Virus record (IMG/VR): IMGVR_UViG_3300013094_000036
Span: 8,149 to 72,148 of that record
From: a virus
Reading direction: 5' to 3' (one strand)
DNA: 64,000 nucleotides
Shown here: one piece after another, positions 1 through 7,823 of the stretch
How positions within the stretch are numbered: position 1 is the stretch's first letter
Layout of the letters: the number at the start of each line of letters is the position of its first letter
Made by a program: the position numbers and the translations under genes
The notes under the pieces: model-generated
Told to the model about the DNA's origin: nothing
The model's database searches: none
Seen by the model: the letters and a program-made list of their open reading frames with translations, nothing else

Positions 1-2
1 AT

Positions 3-239
3 AAAACAATTACAGTTACCAAGCCATTATTAATGGTATTGGGGCAAGATCCTAACACAGGTCGGCCAGGAATTTCTATGGCTCCATTTTGGATGCTTGG
101 TGCAGACCCAACGAGTAACTATACTATAAATCATAGCCAAATTATCTGTACTTTAAAATCAAATTCTGACGCATCCAAGGGTTACATTGCTCAAACAACT
201 GGACTTACCATACCTTCTGGTGGTGGGCTAATTACCTAA
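3..239 (+). CDS. hypothetical protein, 5'-partial (runs off the window edge)
   Basis: Frame is open from position 3 to TAA at 239 and is followed by a terminator hairpin. Confidence 0.6.
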   Translation, partial: KTITVTKPLLMVLGQDPNTGRPGISMAPFWMLGADPTSNYTINHSQIICTLKSNSDASKGYIAQTTGLTIPSGGGLIT

Positions 240-293
240 TTCATTTTACGCTCGCAGTGGATATCATCGTTATCAACTGCTTACAATTTAATC

Positions 294-322
294 ACCGCGT
301 GTTCTTTGGGCACGCGGTTTTT
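294..322 (+). terminator. intrinsic terminator
   Basis: ACCGCGTG...CACGCGGT stem followed by a T run. Confidence 0.75.
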
Positions 323-436
323 CAGTAAAAAATATAAAAAAACCATAATTTTACCTTAATTAAACCTAGTAAAAAACAAAATTCTACTGCTTAATAATAT
401 CTGAAGGAGATCATTCCTTCATTATAGGAGAGACAA

Positions 437-688
437 ATGAAAAAGTTAATGTTGGCATTTTTTGGACTATCGTTTGCAACTGGCGTGGCAGGATTTGCAA
501 CTGCCAGCATGGCACAGGACAAGTCAGTTGATAAGAAACCCACAGTTACATCACCTGCAAAGACACCAGTTGTAAAGCCAGTAGATCATGCTGCTGTTAA
601 ACCTGCCGGTGTCACTACCACAAAGACTGAGACAAAACCTGCTCCTCAACATGGCAGTCAAAAAGATCCTGCAGCAAAATCTAACTGA
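437..688 (+). CDS. small exported Lys/Pro/Thr/Ala-rich protein
   Basis: AGGAG SD; signal peptide MKKLMLAFFGLSFA...ASMA; low-complexity mature part. Confidence 0.75.
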   Translation: MKKLMLAFFGLSFATGVAGFATASMAQDKSVDKKPTVTSPAKTPVVKPVDHAAVKPAGVTTTKTETKPAPQHGSQKDPAAKSN

Positions 689-698
689 AATTCACGAC

Positions 699-728
699 AA
701 AATAGGGACTGAATAGTCCCTATTTTTT
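699..728 (+). terminator. intrinsic terminator (possibly bidirectional)
   Basis: AAAATAGGGACT-GAAT-AGTCCCTATTTTTT. Confidence 0.8.
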
Positions 729-791
729 ATTCTACATGCAAAAAATTTACCCTGAATACTATTAAATATAGTTTTAAATCACAGGGAAATT

Positions 792-1847
792 ATGGCACGA
801 ATACTTTTCATTCTAAAAAGACGCCCAGATTATAATCAAAAAATTCATAATCATGTTGGTATAAGCACTGGTCTGTTTAACAGTGTAAAATTCATGGACA
901 CTATGCTTCAGGAAGCAGGTGTAGAAAGCAAAATGTTTGTGGCTGTTGATAATAATTGTATTGACAGAGAAGTTCGCGCCTACAAACCAACACACGTAAT
1001 TATAGAAGCACTTTGGGTTGTACCCACTAAATTTGATGTTTTATCAAAACTGCACCCCACTGTAACTTGGATAATACGACTGCACAGTGAAATGCCTTTT
1101 ATTGCAAGTGAAGGTATAGCCATGGATTGGCTGGGTGATTATGCCAGATTTAAAAATATTATCATAGGAGTCAATGCACCACGAATGATGGAGGAAACAA
1201 AAACGTTTCTTCAAACAGTATATGATTGGACAGAGGATGAGTTAGACCGGCGTGTTATATACATGCCAAATTTTTATCCACAAGATTATAAAACTAAAAC
1301 ATTTAATCCAGATAACGAATATTTAAATATAAGTTGTTTTGGTGCAATACGACCACTTAAAAATCACCTATTACAAGCTATTTGTGCAGTAGAATTTGCC
1401 GAGTCACTGGGTAGAAAATGCAGATTTCACATAAACAGTGGACGCATTGAAATGAAAGGTGAGCCAATACTTAATAATCTGAAAGGAATGTTCCAGCACT
1501 TGGCAGACAAAGGACACCAATTGGTCAGTCATGAATGGACTCCTCGCGATAAGTTTTTAGAGATTTGTGCTGAAATGGATATTGGCATGCAGGCAAGTAT
1601 ATCTGAAACATTCAATATAGTTGCTGCTGATCATTTAAGTCAAGGAGTGCCTGTTGTTACCAGCCGAGAAATGCCCTGGGCTATTCGATGGTTCTGTGCA
1701 AATCCAGTAGAAAGAACTGATATTATAAAAAAACTAAAAAGAGTCTGGCGGTTCCCAGAATTAAATGTGATGACAAATCAATATAGTTTGACTGCCTACA
1801 CAAACCAAACACGAAAAATTTGGTTGAATTATTTTCAGGATAAATAA
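792..1847 (+). CDS. glycosyltransferase, GT-B/GT4-like
   Basis: FGAIRPLKN and SETFNIVAADHLSQGVPVVTS motifs typical of the GT4 C-terminal domain; TAAATA upstream. Confidence 0.75.
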   Translation: MARILFILKRRPDYNQKIHNHVGISTGLFNSVKFMDTMLQEAGVESKMFVAVDNNCIDREVRAYKPTHVIIEALWVVPTKFDVLSKLHPTVTWIIRLHSEMPFIASEGIAMDWLGDYARFKNIIIGVNAPRMMEETKTFLQTVYDWTEDELDRRVIYMPNFYPQDYKTKTFNPDNEYLNISCFGAIRPLKNHLLQAICAVEFAESLGRKCRFHINSGRIEMKGEPILNNLKGMFQHLADKGHQLVSHEWTPRDKFLEICAEMDIGMQASISETFNIVAADHLSQGVPVVTSREMPWAIRWFCANPVERTDIIKKLKRVWRFPELNVMTNQYSLTAYTNQTRKIWLNYFQDK

Positions 1848-1867
1848 CAGCGGTTGGGAGAAATTAA

Positions 1868-2065
1868 ATGTCAGATGATTTTCACAGAGTACGAACACAT
1901 CATTGGGTAAATGGAGTTCTGAAATACTTTGACCATGTGTTTTCTACATTTGAGGCTTCTCTAGAGTTTGCACAAAATTACGAATGCGATAATTTTAAAA
2001 TTTTTGACAGCGATGATAGTCTAAAACACAGTAGCCATGGCAAGCCAGCAGAAACCTACGCTTGA
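1868..2065 (+). CDS. hypothetical protein
   Basis: GGGAG SD, TAAATA upstream, 65 aa ORF. Confidence 0.65.
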   Translation: MSDDFHRVRTHHWVNGVLKYFDHVFSTFEASLEFAQNYECDNFKIFDSDDSLKHSSHGKPAETYA

Positions 2066-2199
2066 CTTTTGTTTAAAATACCTTTATAAATATAAATGTT
2101 GCTGTTGAATGTCAGCAGCGTCAGCTGGGGTAAGATGGAAAAAGGTTGACACAAGCTGCAGCCGTGTTATAGTGCAGATGTTGAAACGGAGCAAGCAAC

Positions 2200-2445
2200 A
2201 TGGGTGCTACTAGTAATAGCGAAAAGCTGGCAGCAGCTGAGCAGATACTGCCTTGTTACAACGCATGGCATCGCAGCTGCATGGAACAATGTGGCGTGCC
2301 GCTGCCCCGGCTCGAGCAAGATCTACTGACTGTCGCTGCCCGTTACAAGCACCTCAAAGTGCCACAGAAGATGGGTGCAGCGGTGGGCAGATGGGCTGCC
2401 AAGCAGTTGGGACTCAAGTGGACAGCATTCAACGGCATACAATAA
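2200..2445 (+). CDS. early hypothetical protein
   Basis: Own promoter and GGAG SD. Confidence 0.7.
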   Translation: MGATSNSEKLAAAEQILPCYNAWHRSCMEQCGVPLPRLEQDLLTVAARYKHLKVPQKMGAAVGRWAAKQLGLKWTAFNGIQ

Positions 2446-2503
2446 CTGGTTGACATCGAGCCAAGACCTGTTATTATGTGTCTGCAAGCAAGGAGCAAGC
2501 AAC

Positions 2504-2683
2504 ATGGAAAACAACTATTTCATTGACGCTGATGCTGCATACGAAGCACGCTGGGAGCGTGATGAAACCTTCGATGACTTCGACAGTGCTGTCACCTGCG
2601 AGGAATACTACAACGAGCAAGAGTGGGACGAGCCGGATGTGGGCGAGGCCCAGGAGTGGGAATCCTTCGATCCCGACTGCTGA
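2504..2683 (+). CDS. early acidic small protein (MENNYF...EWESFDPDC)
   Basis: Own promoter and AAGGAG SD; start moved from 2375 to ATG 2504. Confidence 0.75.
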   Translation: MENNYFIDADAAYEARWERDETFDDFDSAVTCEEYYNEQEWDEPDVGEAQEWESFDPDC

Positions 2684-2743
2684 TTTTCGGTTGACACTGC
2701 AGGTGCTGGTGCTATTATGCACCAGCCAGCAAGGAGCAAGACA

Positions 2744-3094
2744 ATGATCAACGTTAATACTGTGTTATACACCTGCGGTGACGGCTACTGGAGCCGTGCG
2801 GCACGTGCTGTCACTGTCAAAGGACTGTTTGTCAGCTATGAATCTGACAACGCTGAGTTTGGCGAGCTGCGAGTATACTTTGACACTGCCAGCTGGAATG
2901 TCAACAAGCTGGGACTGATCTACACTGACAGCCAGTTCGAAACTGAACTGTGCGAGTTCCTCACCAGCATAGGGCTGGACGGCAGCGATGTTGGCTACAG
3001 CGAACACGGCATGCAGGGCAGCAAATATGTCAGCTTGGACGTGGGCAAAGATTTCCTCAGCAGCTGGCATGCCAAGTTTGCTGTGGCTGTGTGA
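2744..3094 (+). CDS. early hypothetical protein
   Basis: Own promoter and AAGGAG SD before ATG 2744. Confidence 0.75.
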   Translation: MINVNTVLYTCGDGYWSRAARAVTVKGLFVSYESDNAEFGELRVYFDTASWNVNKLGLIYTDSQFETELCEFLTSIGLDGSDVGYSEHGMQGSKYVSLDVGKDFLSSWHAKFAVAV

Positions 3095-3152
3095 TTTTGG
3101 TTGACACTGCAGGTGTTGGTGCTATTATGCACTTGCAAACAAGGAGCAAAAC

Positions 3153-3371
3153 ATGAAATATATTGTTTATGGCGATTATGGCTATGTCAACGAGCAAGAG
3201 CTTTACAGCTGCAACAGCCGCGATCAATCTGTTGCGTGGGCAAAGAAATACTGCCGTCGCGACACAGGTGGCTACAACGTCATCGAAGTTGCTTACTTTG
3301 CCAATGACGGTGAATATGTGCCAGTGTGGCAGTTTGAAGCTGAAGAAGAATTGCTCTACGACGAGTTGTAA
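3153..3371 (+). CDS. early hypothetical protein
   Basis: Own promoter and AAGGAG SD. Confidence 0.75.
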   Translation: MKYIVYGDYGYVNEQELYSCNSRDQSVAWAKKYCRRDTGGYNVIEVAYFANDGEYVPVWQFEAEEELLYDEL

Positions 3372-3429
3372 AAACCATTGACCATTTCAAACATCGTGCT
3401 ATAATGATTCTGCAAGCAAGGAGCTATCA

Positions 3430-3930
3430 ATGAGTGATCGTACCTACACCGTTGCGGGGACCAGTGTGCAAAATGGCAAAAAGACTCTGCGTCTTGCCAA
3501 CGGCACTGCTGCTGCTCGCAGCAAGATTTTAATCAAAGCAGGCTGCACAGAAGTGAAGTTGTTTGACTTGCCCCAGCCCATGTCTGCACCTGCTGCTCAA
3601 GCATGGCTGTTGTCGCAGGGCGATTCAGTGCCTGCCAGCGTGCCCAGCAGCAACACTGCCAAACAGCGTAAAACTGCAGATCTAGCAGCTGCTAGTGCCA
3701 GCACAGAGCCTGTGGAAATTGCACACGAAGAGCTGGGGTTTGCTGCATCGGGTATGACGCGCGAATACTGGGACAATCAAAGTGTCATTGTGCGGCAAGA
3801 GATGTCTCGCAATGCTGCATGGGCTGCAGGCATCGAATGTGCTCGCGGTACTTATCCAGAGCTGGACATGTGGCTGGAAATGGAAGGCATTTTCACACAC
3901 AACGATGGCACTTTGCAGGAGGCTGCCTAA
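3430..3930 (+). CDS. early hypothetical protein
   Basis: Own promoter and AAGGAG SD; 166 aa. Confidence 0.75.
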   Translation: MSDRTYTVAGTSVQNGKKTLRLANGTAAARSKILIKAGCTEVKLFDLPQPMSAPAAQAWLLSQGDSVPASVPSSNTAKQRKTADLAAASASTEPVEIAHEELGFAASGMTREYWDNQSVIVRQEMSRNAAWAAGIECARGTYPELDMWLEMEGIFTHNDGTLQEAA

Positions 3931-4078
3931 CGACGATCTCAATGCTGCCCGCGGCATAGCCATGGCTGTTGTGCTGTCGGGCATGATCTACATGCTGGTA
4001 ATCAGCTTGCACTATGTTTTCGGTTGACAACAGCGCAAATTCAACTAATATACACAGACAACAACGGAGCACACTGCA

Positions 4079-4246
4079 ATGACTATGACTGAAGATCAAA
4101 TTGAACAGGTTGTTGAGCGTCACATGAACAGCTTGGATAGCCAGCTGCTCAAGGGTGCAATCACTGATGAAGAATACAATCAGGAAATCCGAGAACTGGA
4201 CAAGTGGGCTCGTCAACAGTATCTAGCGCAAAATATTGCTGGTTGA
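4079..4246 (+). CDS. early hypothetical protein, 55 aa (not in the ORF track)
   Basis: Promoter at 4024, GGAG SD, MTMTEDQIEQVVERHMNSLD...QNIAG. Confidence 0.7.
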   Translation: MTMTEDQIEQVVERHMNSLDSQLLKGAITDEEYNQEIRELDKWARQQYLAQNIAG

Positions 4247-4371
4247 CAACTGTAAAATATCTGCTAATATTAGCACGCAACAACGGAGCACGATACCATG
4301 CAAACTGACATGGAAATGGTAGAAGAACAACTGTGCGAAATTGACAAACGTATCAAGCACACATTTGCCGT

Positions 4372-4965
4372 GCTGGTGTTGAAAGCAAAATGTTTGTTGC
4401 CATTGACAACAACTGCATTGATAGAGAAGTACGTGCATACCAACCTACACATGTGGTCATTGAAGCACTTTGGGTGGTACCTAGTAAATTTGAAATCTTA
4501 TCAAAACTGCATCCAAACGTAACTTGGATTATACGTCTGCACAGCGAAATGCCTTTTATTGCCAGTGAAGGTATTGCCATGGATTGGATTGGCGATTATG
4601 CACGATTTCCCAATATCATAATAGGTGTTAATGCACCCCGCATGATGGATGAGACACGGTTTTATCTACAACAAGTATATGGGTGGTCTAATGCAGAAAC
4701 AGCCCAACGTATCATTTACATGCCCAACTTTTATCCGCAGGAATACAAATATAAAAAGTTCAATCCCAGCAATGAATATATTAATATATCATGTTTTGGA
4801 GCCATACGCCCCCTTAAAAATCATTTACTTCAAGCAATTTGTGCTGTCCAATTTGCAGATTCCATTGGAAGAAAGTTGAAATTTCATATTAATGCAGGAC
4901 GCATTGAAATGAAAGGTGAGCCCATATTACACAATCTCAAAGGCATGTTTCAGCATCTGGCGGAT
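4372..4965 (+). pseudogene. internal fragment (residues 42-239) of a diverged second copy of the 792-1847 glycosyltransferase
   Basis: Colinear with 915-1508 over 594 nt with mostly synonymous differences; abrupt junctions at both ends. Confidence 0.85.
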
Positions 4966-5020
4966 CCCGTTCATGCTTTTTGGATTCCGTCAATGATTAA
5001 TCCATTTTTGGAGATTTATT

Positions 5021-5341
5021 ATGAAAAAGTTATTGTTATCATTTTTATTAATTGGTGCTGGAATGGGTGCTTGTACTGTACAGGCACATGAAGGATTTAG
5101 AGGATATCGTGGAGGATGCTACGGATGTAATTGGGTAGCACCAGCATTGATTGGCGGAGTAATTGGATACGAGTTAAGTCGTCCGCACTATTACGAACCA
5201 TCCCCAGTCATTGTTCAACAACCACCTGTAATCTATACACAGCCACAGCCATATGTTCAGGCTCCTCCAGCGGGATACCATTGGCAACAAATGATTGATC
5301 CACAGACTAATACAACCAAAATCGTACTAGTTCCAAATTAA
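5021..5341 (+). CDS. small exported Gly/Pro/Tyr-rich protein, paralog of 46420-46704
   Basis: Signal peptide; WVAPALIGGVIG motif shared with WVAPFVTGAVIG. Confidence 0.75.
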   Translation: MKKLLLSFLLIGAGMGACTVQAHEGFRGYRGGCYGCNWVAPALIGGVIGYELSRPHYYEPSPVIVQQPPVIYTQPQPYVQAPPAGYHWQQMIDPQTNTTKIVLVPN

Positions 5342-5443
5342 AGTTGACATTGTACGGTAAATATTGTACAATTGAAGTTATTGCTGTATGAAGCAGAGAA
5401 AAAAGTGTTCTGGACGCAAGGGTAGAACACCGCAAAGACCACT

Positions 5444-5674
5444 ATGAACGAACAGAAGATAAAACAACTTACCGAACAGGCTAACTTATCTGCTGATAAG
5501 ATATATCAATTTGATCCCAAAGATGGATTCAAAATTCAAGAATGGGATAAGATCCGTTTAGAAAAATTCGCAGAACTAATCATCAATGAATGTTTAGATG
5601 TTGCTAACGACACACGATATGATGGTAAGGTAGTTGCCAACCGTATCAAGTTTGTGTTTGGAGTCGAAGAATGA
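5444..5674 (+). CDS. hypothetical phage protein
   Basis: MNEQKIKQL...LEKFAELIINEC pattern; ATGA overlap with the next gene. Confidence 0.65.
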   Translation: MNEQKIKQLTEQANLSADKIYQFDPKDGFKIQEWDKIRLEKFAELIINECLDVANDTRYDGKVVANRIKFVFGVEE

Positions 5675-5982
5675 TTGATTATTACCAAGCACTTAGAGAA
5701 ATGCACCAGGGCAATGTAGTCAAGTATGCGGGCACGGTCAATGGTAATGTGATGAGCGATAATGGTGCCAGTTTTTGTATGTGTCGTGGTTGTATCTTTC
5801 TATTTGACAACGGAGTAATCAAATGGAACAAACTGGGATATATGGTTTACGATCCAGACTTTCGTTATGAACTAACTGGTGAAACTGTCGATCCACGGGC
5901 GTGGAAACCAGAGAAGAATCGGGACCGTAAAGAGATTAAATCCAAGTTGGGTTATAGTAGAGTTGGATTAGGAAATGTTTAA
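5671..5982 (+). CDS. hypothetical protein
   Basis: 103 aa ORF, translationally coupled. Confidence 0.6.
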   Translation: MIDYYQALREMHQGNVVKYAGTVNGNVMSDNGASFCMCRGCIFLFDNGVIKWNKLGYMVYDPDFRYELTGETVDPRAWKPEKNRDRKEIKSKLGYSRVGLGNV

Positions 5983-6012
5983 CTAATCCTGGACTTTGGT
6001 TCGACAAAGGTA

Positions 6013-6765
6013 TTACAATCTTCCTTTGACCAGCCCCAACTGCTGAATTTTAGGATCACCTATTTTTAACAAATAACTTTTAGACCCGTTGTTATACCAG
6101 TGGGTCTTTTTCTTTGATTCAAAATAATCTACAGAACTTACCCATCCGTTGGGAATAACATCTTTGGGTCCGAATCGCTTCTTTTCTTTTGTTGTTAGGT
6201 TGTAGTAGAACTTTGTTCCATAAGAACCATTGTTGCTACCAGAAACTTTTTTAGATAAGTTTTCGGATCTTTCTTTTCTTTGATCTTCCGTTAGATTTTC
6301 CCAAGTATTAGGATTTAACAATCCCATTTCTACTAATTTAGACCAACCTGTTTGCCTAACTTTATTGTAAGTTTCTTCGGTCCAATTTTGAGTTCCGCCT
6401 ACTACAATCTCACCTGAATCAACTTTTTGACGATATGCCTTAATATTTGGTCTATCTTCTTTTGGTATAGAATTTATGTGTTCAAACCCACCTATACCAC
6501 CTGACCGCATATTATAACAATATGATTTACCCAGGTGCGGTGCTACTGTTTCTTCTTCTTTGAGCAAACATTCAGATTCATTTTCAAACACAAACAAAGT
6601 TTCCCTAACGAAATTATCTTTGCCATACTTTTTTACAGCATTGATTATCTGGGAACCGGATCCATAATAACCGTCAAATTGATACGGATCAATAGTTTGG
6701 CGATGTTTGCCAATATAAAATTTATTGTTGACAAGATTGATTGTTTTGTATATAATATAAAACAT
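6013..6765 (-). CDS. free-standing GIY-YIG homing endonuclease (Seg-like)
   Basis: YIIYKTINLVNNKFYIGKH...YYGSG...YN motif set; located beside the tmRNA gene. Confidence 0.9.
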   Translation of the reverse strand: MFYIIYKTINLVNNKFYIGKHRQTIDPYQFDGYYGSGSQIINAVKKYGKDNFVRETLFVFENESECLLKEEETVAPHLGKSYCYNMRSGGIGGFEHINSIPKEDRPNIKAYRQKVDSGEIVVGGTQNWTEETYNKVRQTGWSKLVEMGLLNPNTWENLTEDQRKERSENLSKKVSGSNNGSYGTKFYYNLTTKEKKRFGPKDVIPNGWVSSVDYFESKKKTHWYNNGSKSYLLKIGDPKIQQLGLVKGRL

Positions 6766-6857
6766 AGTGTGTAACCCTTATAAATACAGTAGAGGACAGT
6801 CCCGAGTAACCCCGGGGTTGGTGTTAGTTACCGCTAACACCTTACTCTACTATTTAT

Positions 6858-7180
6858 GATTGTATGAAGGAAAAAGAACAATTGACTGGACGCGGGGGGC
6901 AGTGCCCCGCCCGCTCCACCATAAGAGCATAAATTTACTTTGGTATTCCGTGTAAATTTACTTTGGTATTCCGTGTAAATTTACTTTGGTATTGTGTGCT
7001 TATGATGGGGGTGACTAGGTTCGATCAGCTGTGGTAAGGGTTGAGGTAGGCAATGAGTAAGATACGACTCACAATCAGTTCAAAAACTATAAATGCCAAC
7101 GATAATGTTGCATTTGAGGAAACTGCCCTAGCGGCATAACCTCATTGGGTATGGGTTCCACCTAGAAACAGAACGGACTC
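6858..7180 (+). ncRNA. ssrA: two-piece (circularly permuted) tmRNA; tag ANDNVAFEETALAA
   Basis: Acceptor piece ends CCGCTCCACCA at 6921; intervening segment; coding piece starts GGGGTGA at 7008 (G3-U70); tag reading frame 7095-7139. Outer ends are approximate. Confidence 0.92.
6930..6998. repeat. 23-bp tandem repeat x3 inside the tmRNA intervening segment
   Basis: TAAATTTACTTTGGTATTCCGTG twice plus TAAATTTACTTTGGTATTGTGTG. Confidence 0.95.
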
Positions 7181-7281
7181 AATTTCACCTGTATATTTTG
7201 ACTTTTTCAAATCTATATATTATCTTTTAAATGTGGCACATAATTTGCCACAACACACACAAACACAGAAAGGAAAATATC

Positions 7282-7530
7282 ATGGATAATAGTCCATTTC
7301 AACTACGCTTTGATTTACTTGCAATGGCCAAAGAGCTCCTCATGGAGGAGTGGTATGCCAAACGTCAAACACAAGAAAGGCAATTTGAAGAAAATGTTCG
7401 CTATTATAGCGAACGTGTTGCTGGTTCTGGTGGACCATTGCAGTATCCAGAATTACCAGATGCACCCACTGATGAAAAAATTATGAAACTTGCTGCAGAA
7501 CTCAATAGTTTTGTAAGCCGTAAATTTTAA
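7282..7530 (+). CDS. conserved phage hypothetical protein
   Basis: AAGGA SD; SPFQLRFDLLAMAKELL...IMKLAAELNSFVS. Confidence 0.7.
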   Translation: MDNSPFQLRFDLLAMAKELLMEEWYAKRQTQERQFEENVRYYSERVAGSGGPLQYPELPDAPTDEKIMKLAAELNSFVSRKF

Positions 7531-7823
7531 TAAATAGGTATGAGCACCACCTTAAAGGGCTCTATATTATTTCACTTAATCAAGACTATATTGTAAAAAA
7601 CTAAATAAAATTGTTGATTGTTAATTTTCTATAATAATGGCGTCAGAGTCAACGCCATCTGTGCGTTAGAACTTCTGATAAAAATAAAATTCTATATATC
7701 TAATAAGTAAAACGTAAAATTATAAAAATAGAGGGTAATGCACCCTCTATTTTTTTACAACCTTGACAATAATGCTTAAAATTTACCATAGTAGTACATT
7801 AAACAACCCTACAGATAAAGCAA

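Larger units (their letters stand above)
2146..4270 (+). promoter_or_regulatory. array of 7 sigma70-type early promoters, one per small gene
   Basis: TTGACA/TTGACC at 2146, 2450, 2691, 3101, 3378, 4024 and 4243, each exactly 16 bp from TATAGT/TATTAT/TATAAT/TAATAT, then a GGAGC SD and ATG. Confidence 0.85.

Noticed and set aside
4966-5091. C-terminus of ORF 4390-5091 as a real glycosyltransferase end
   Set aside because: Homology to 792-1847 stops at 4965; the rest is read-through overlapping the 5021 gene
6930-6998. CRISPR array
   Set aside because: The three 23-bp units are directly adjacent with no spacers, and there are no cas genes in the window
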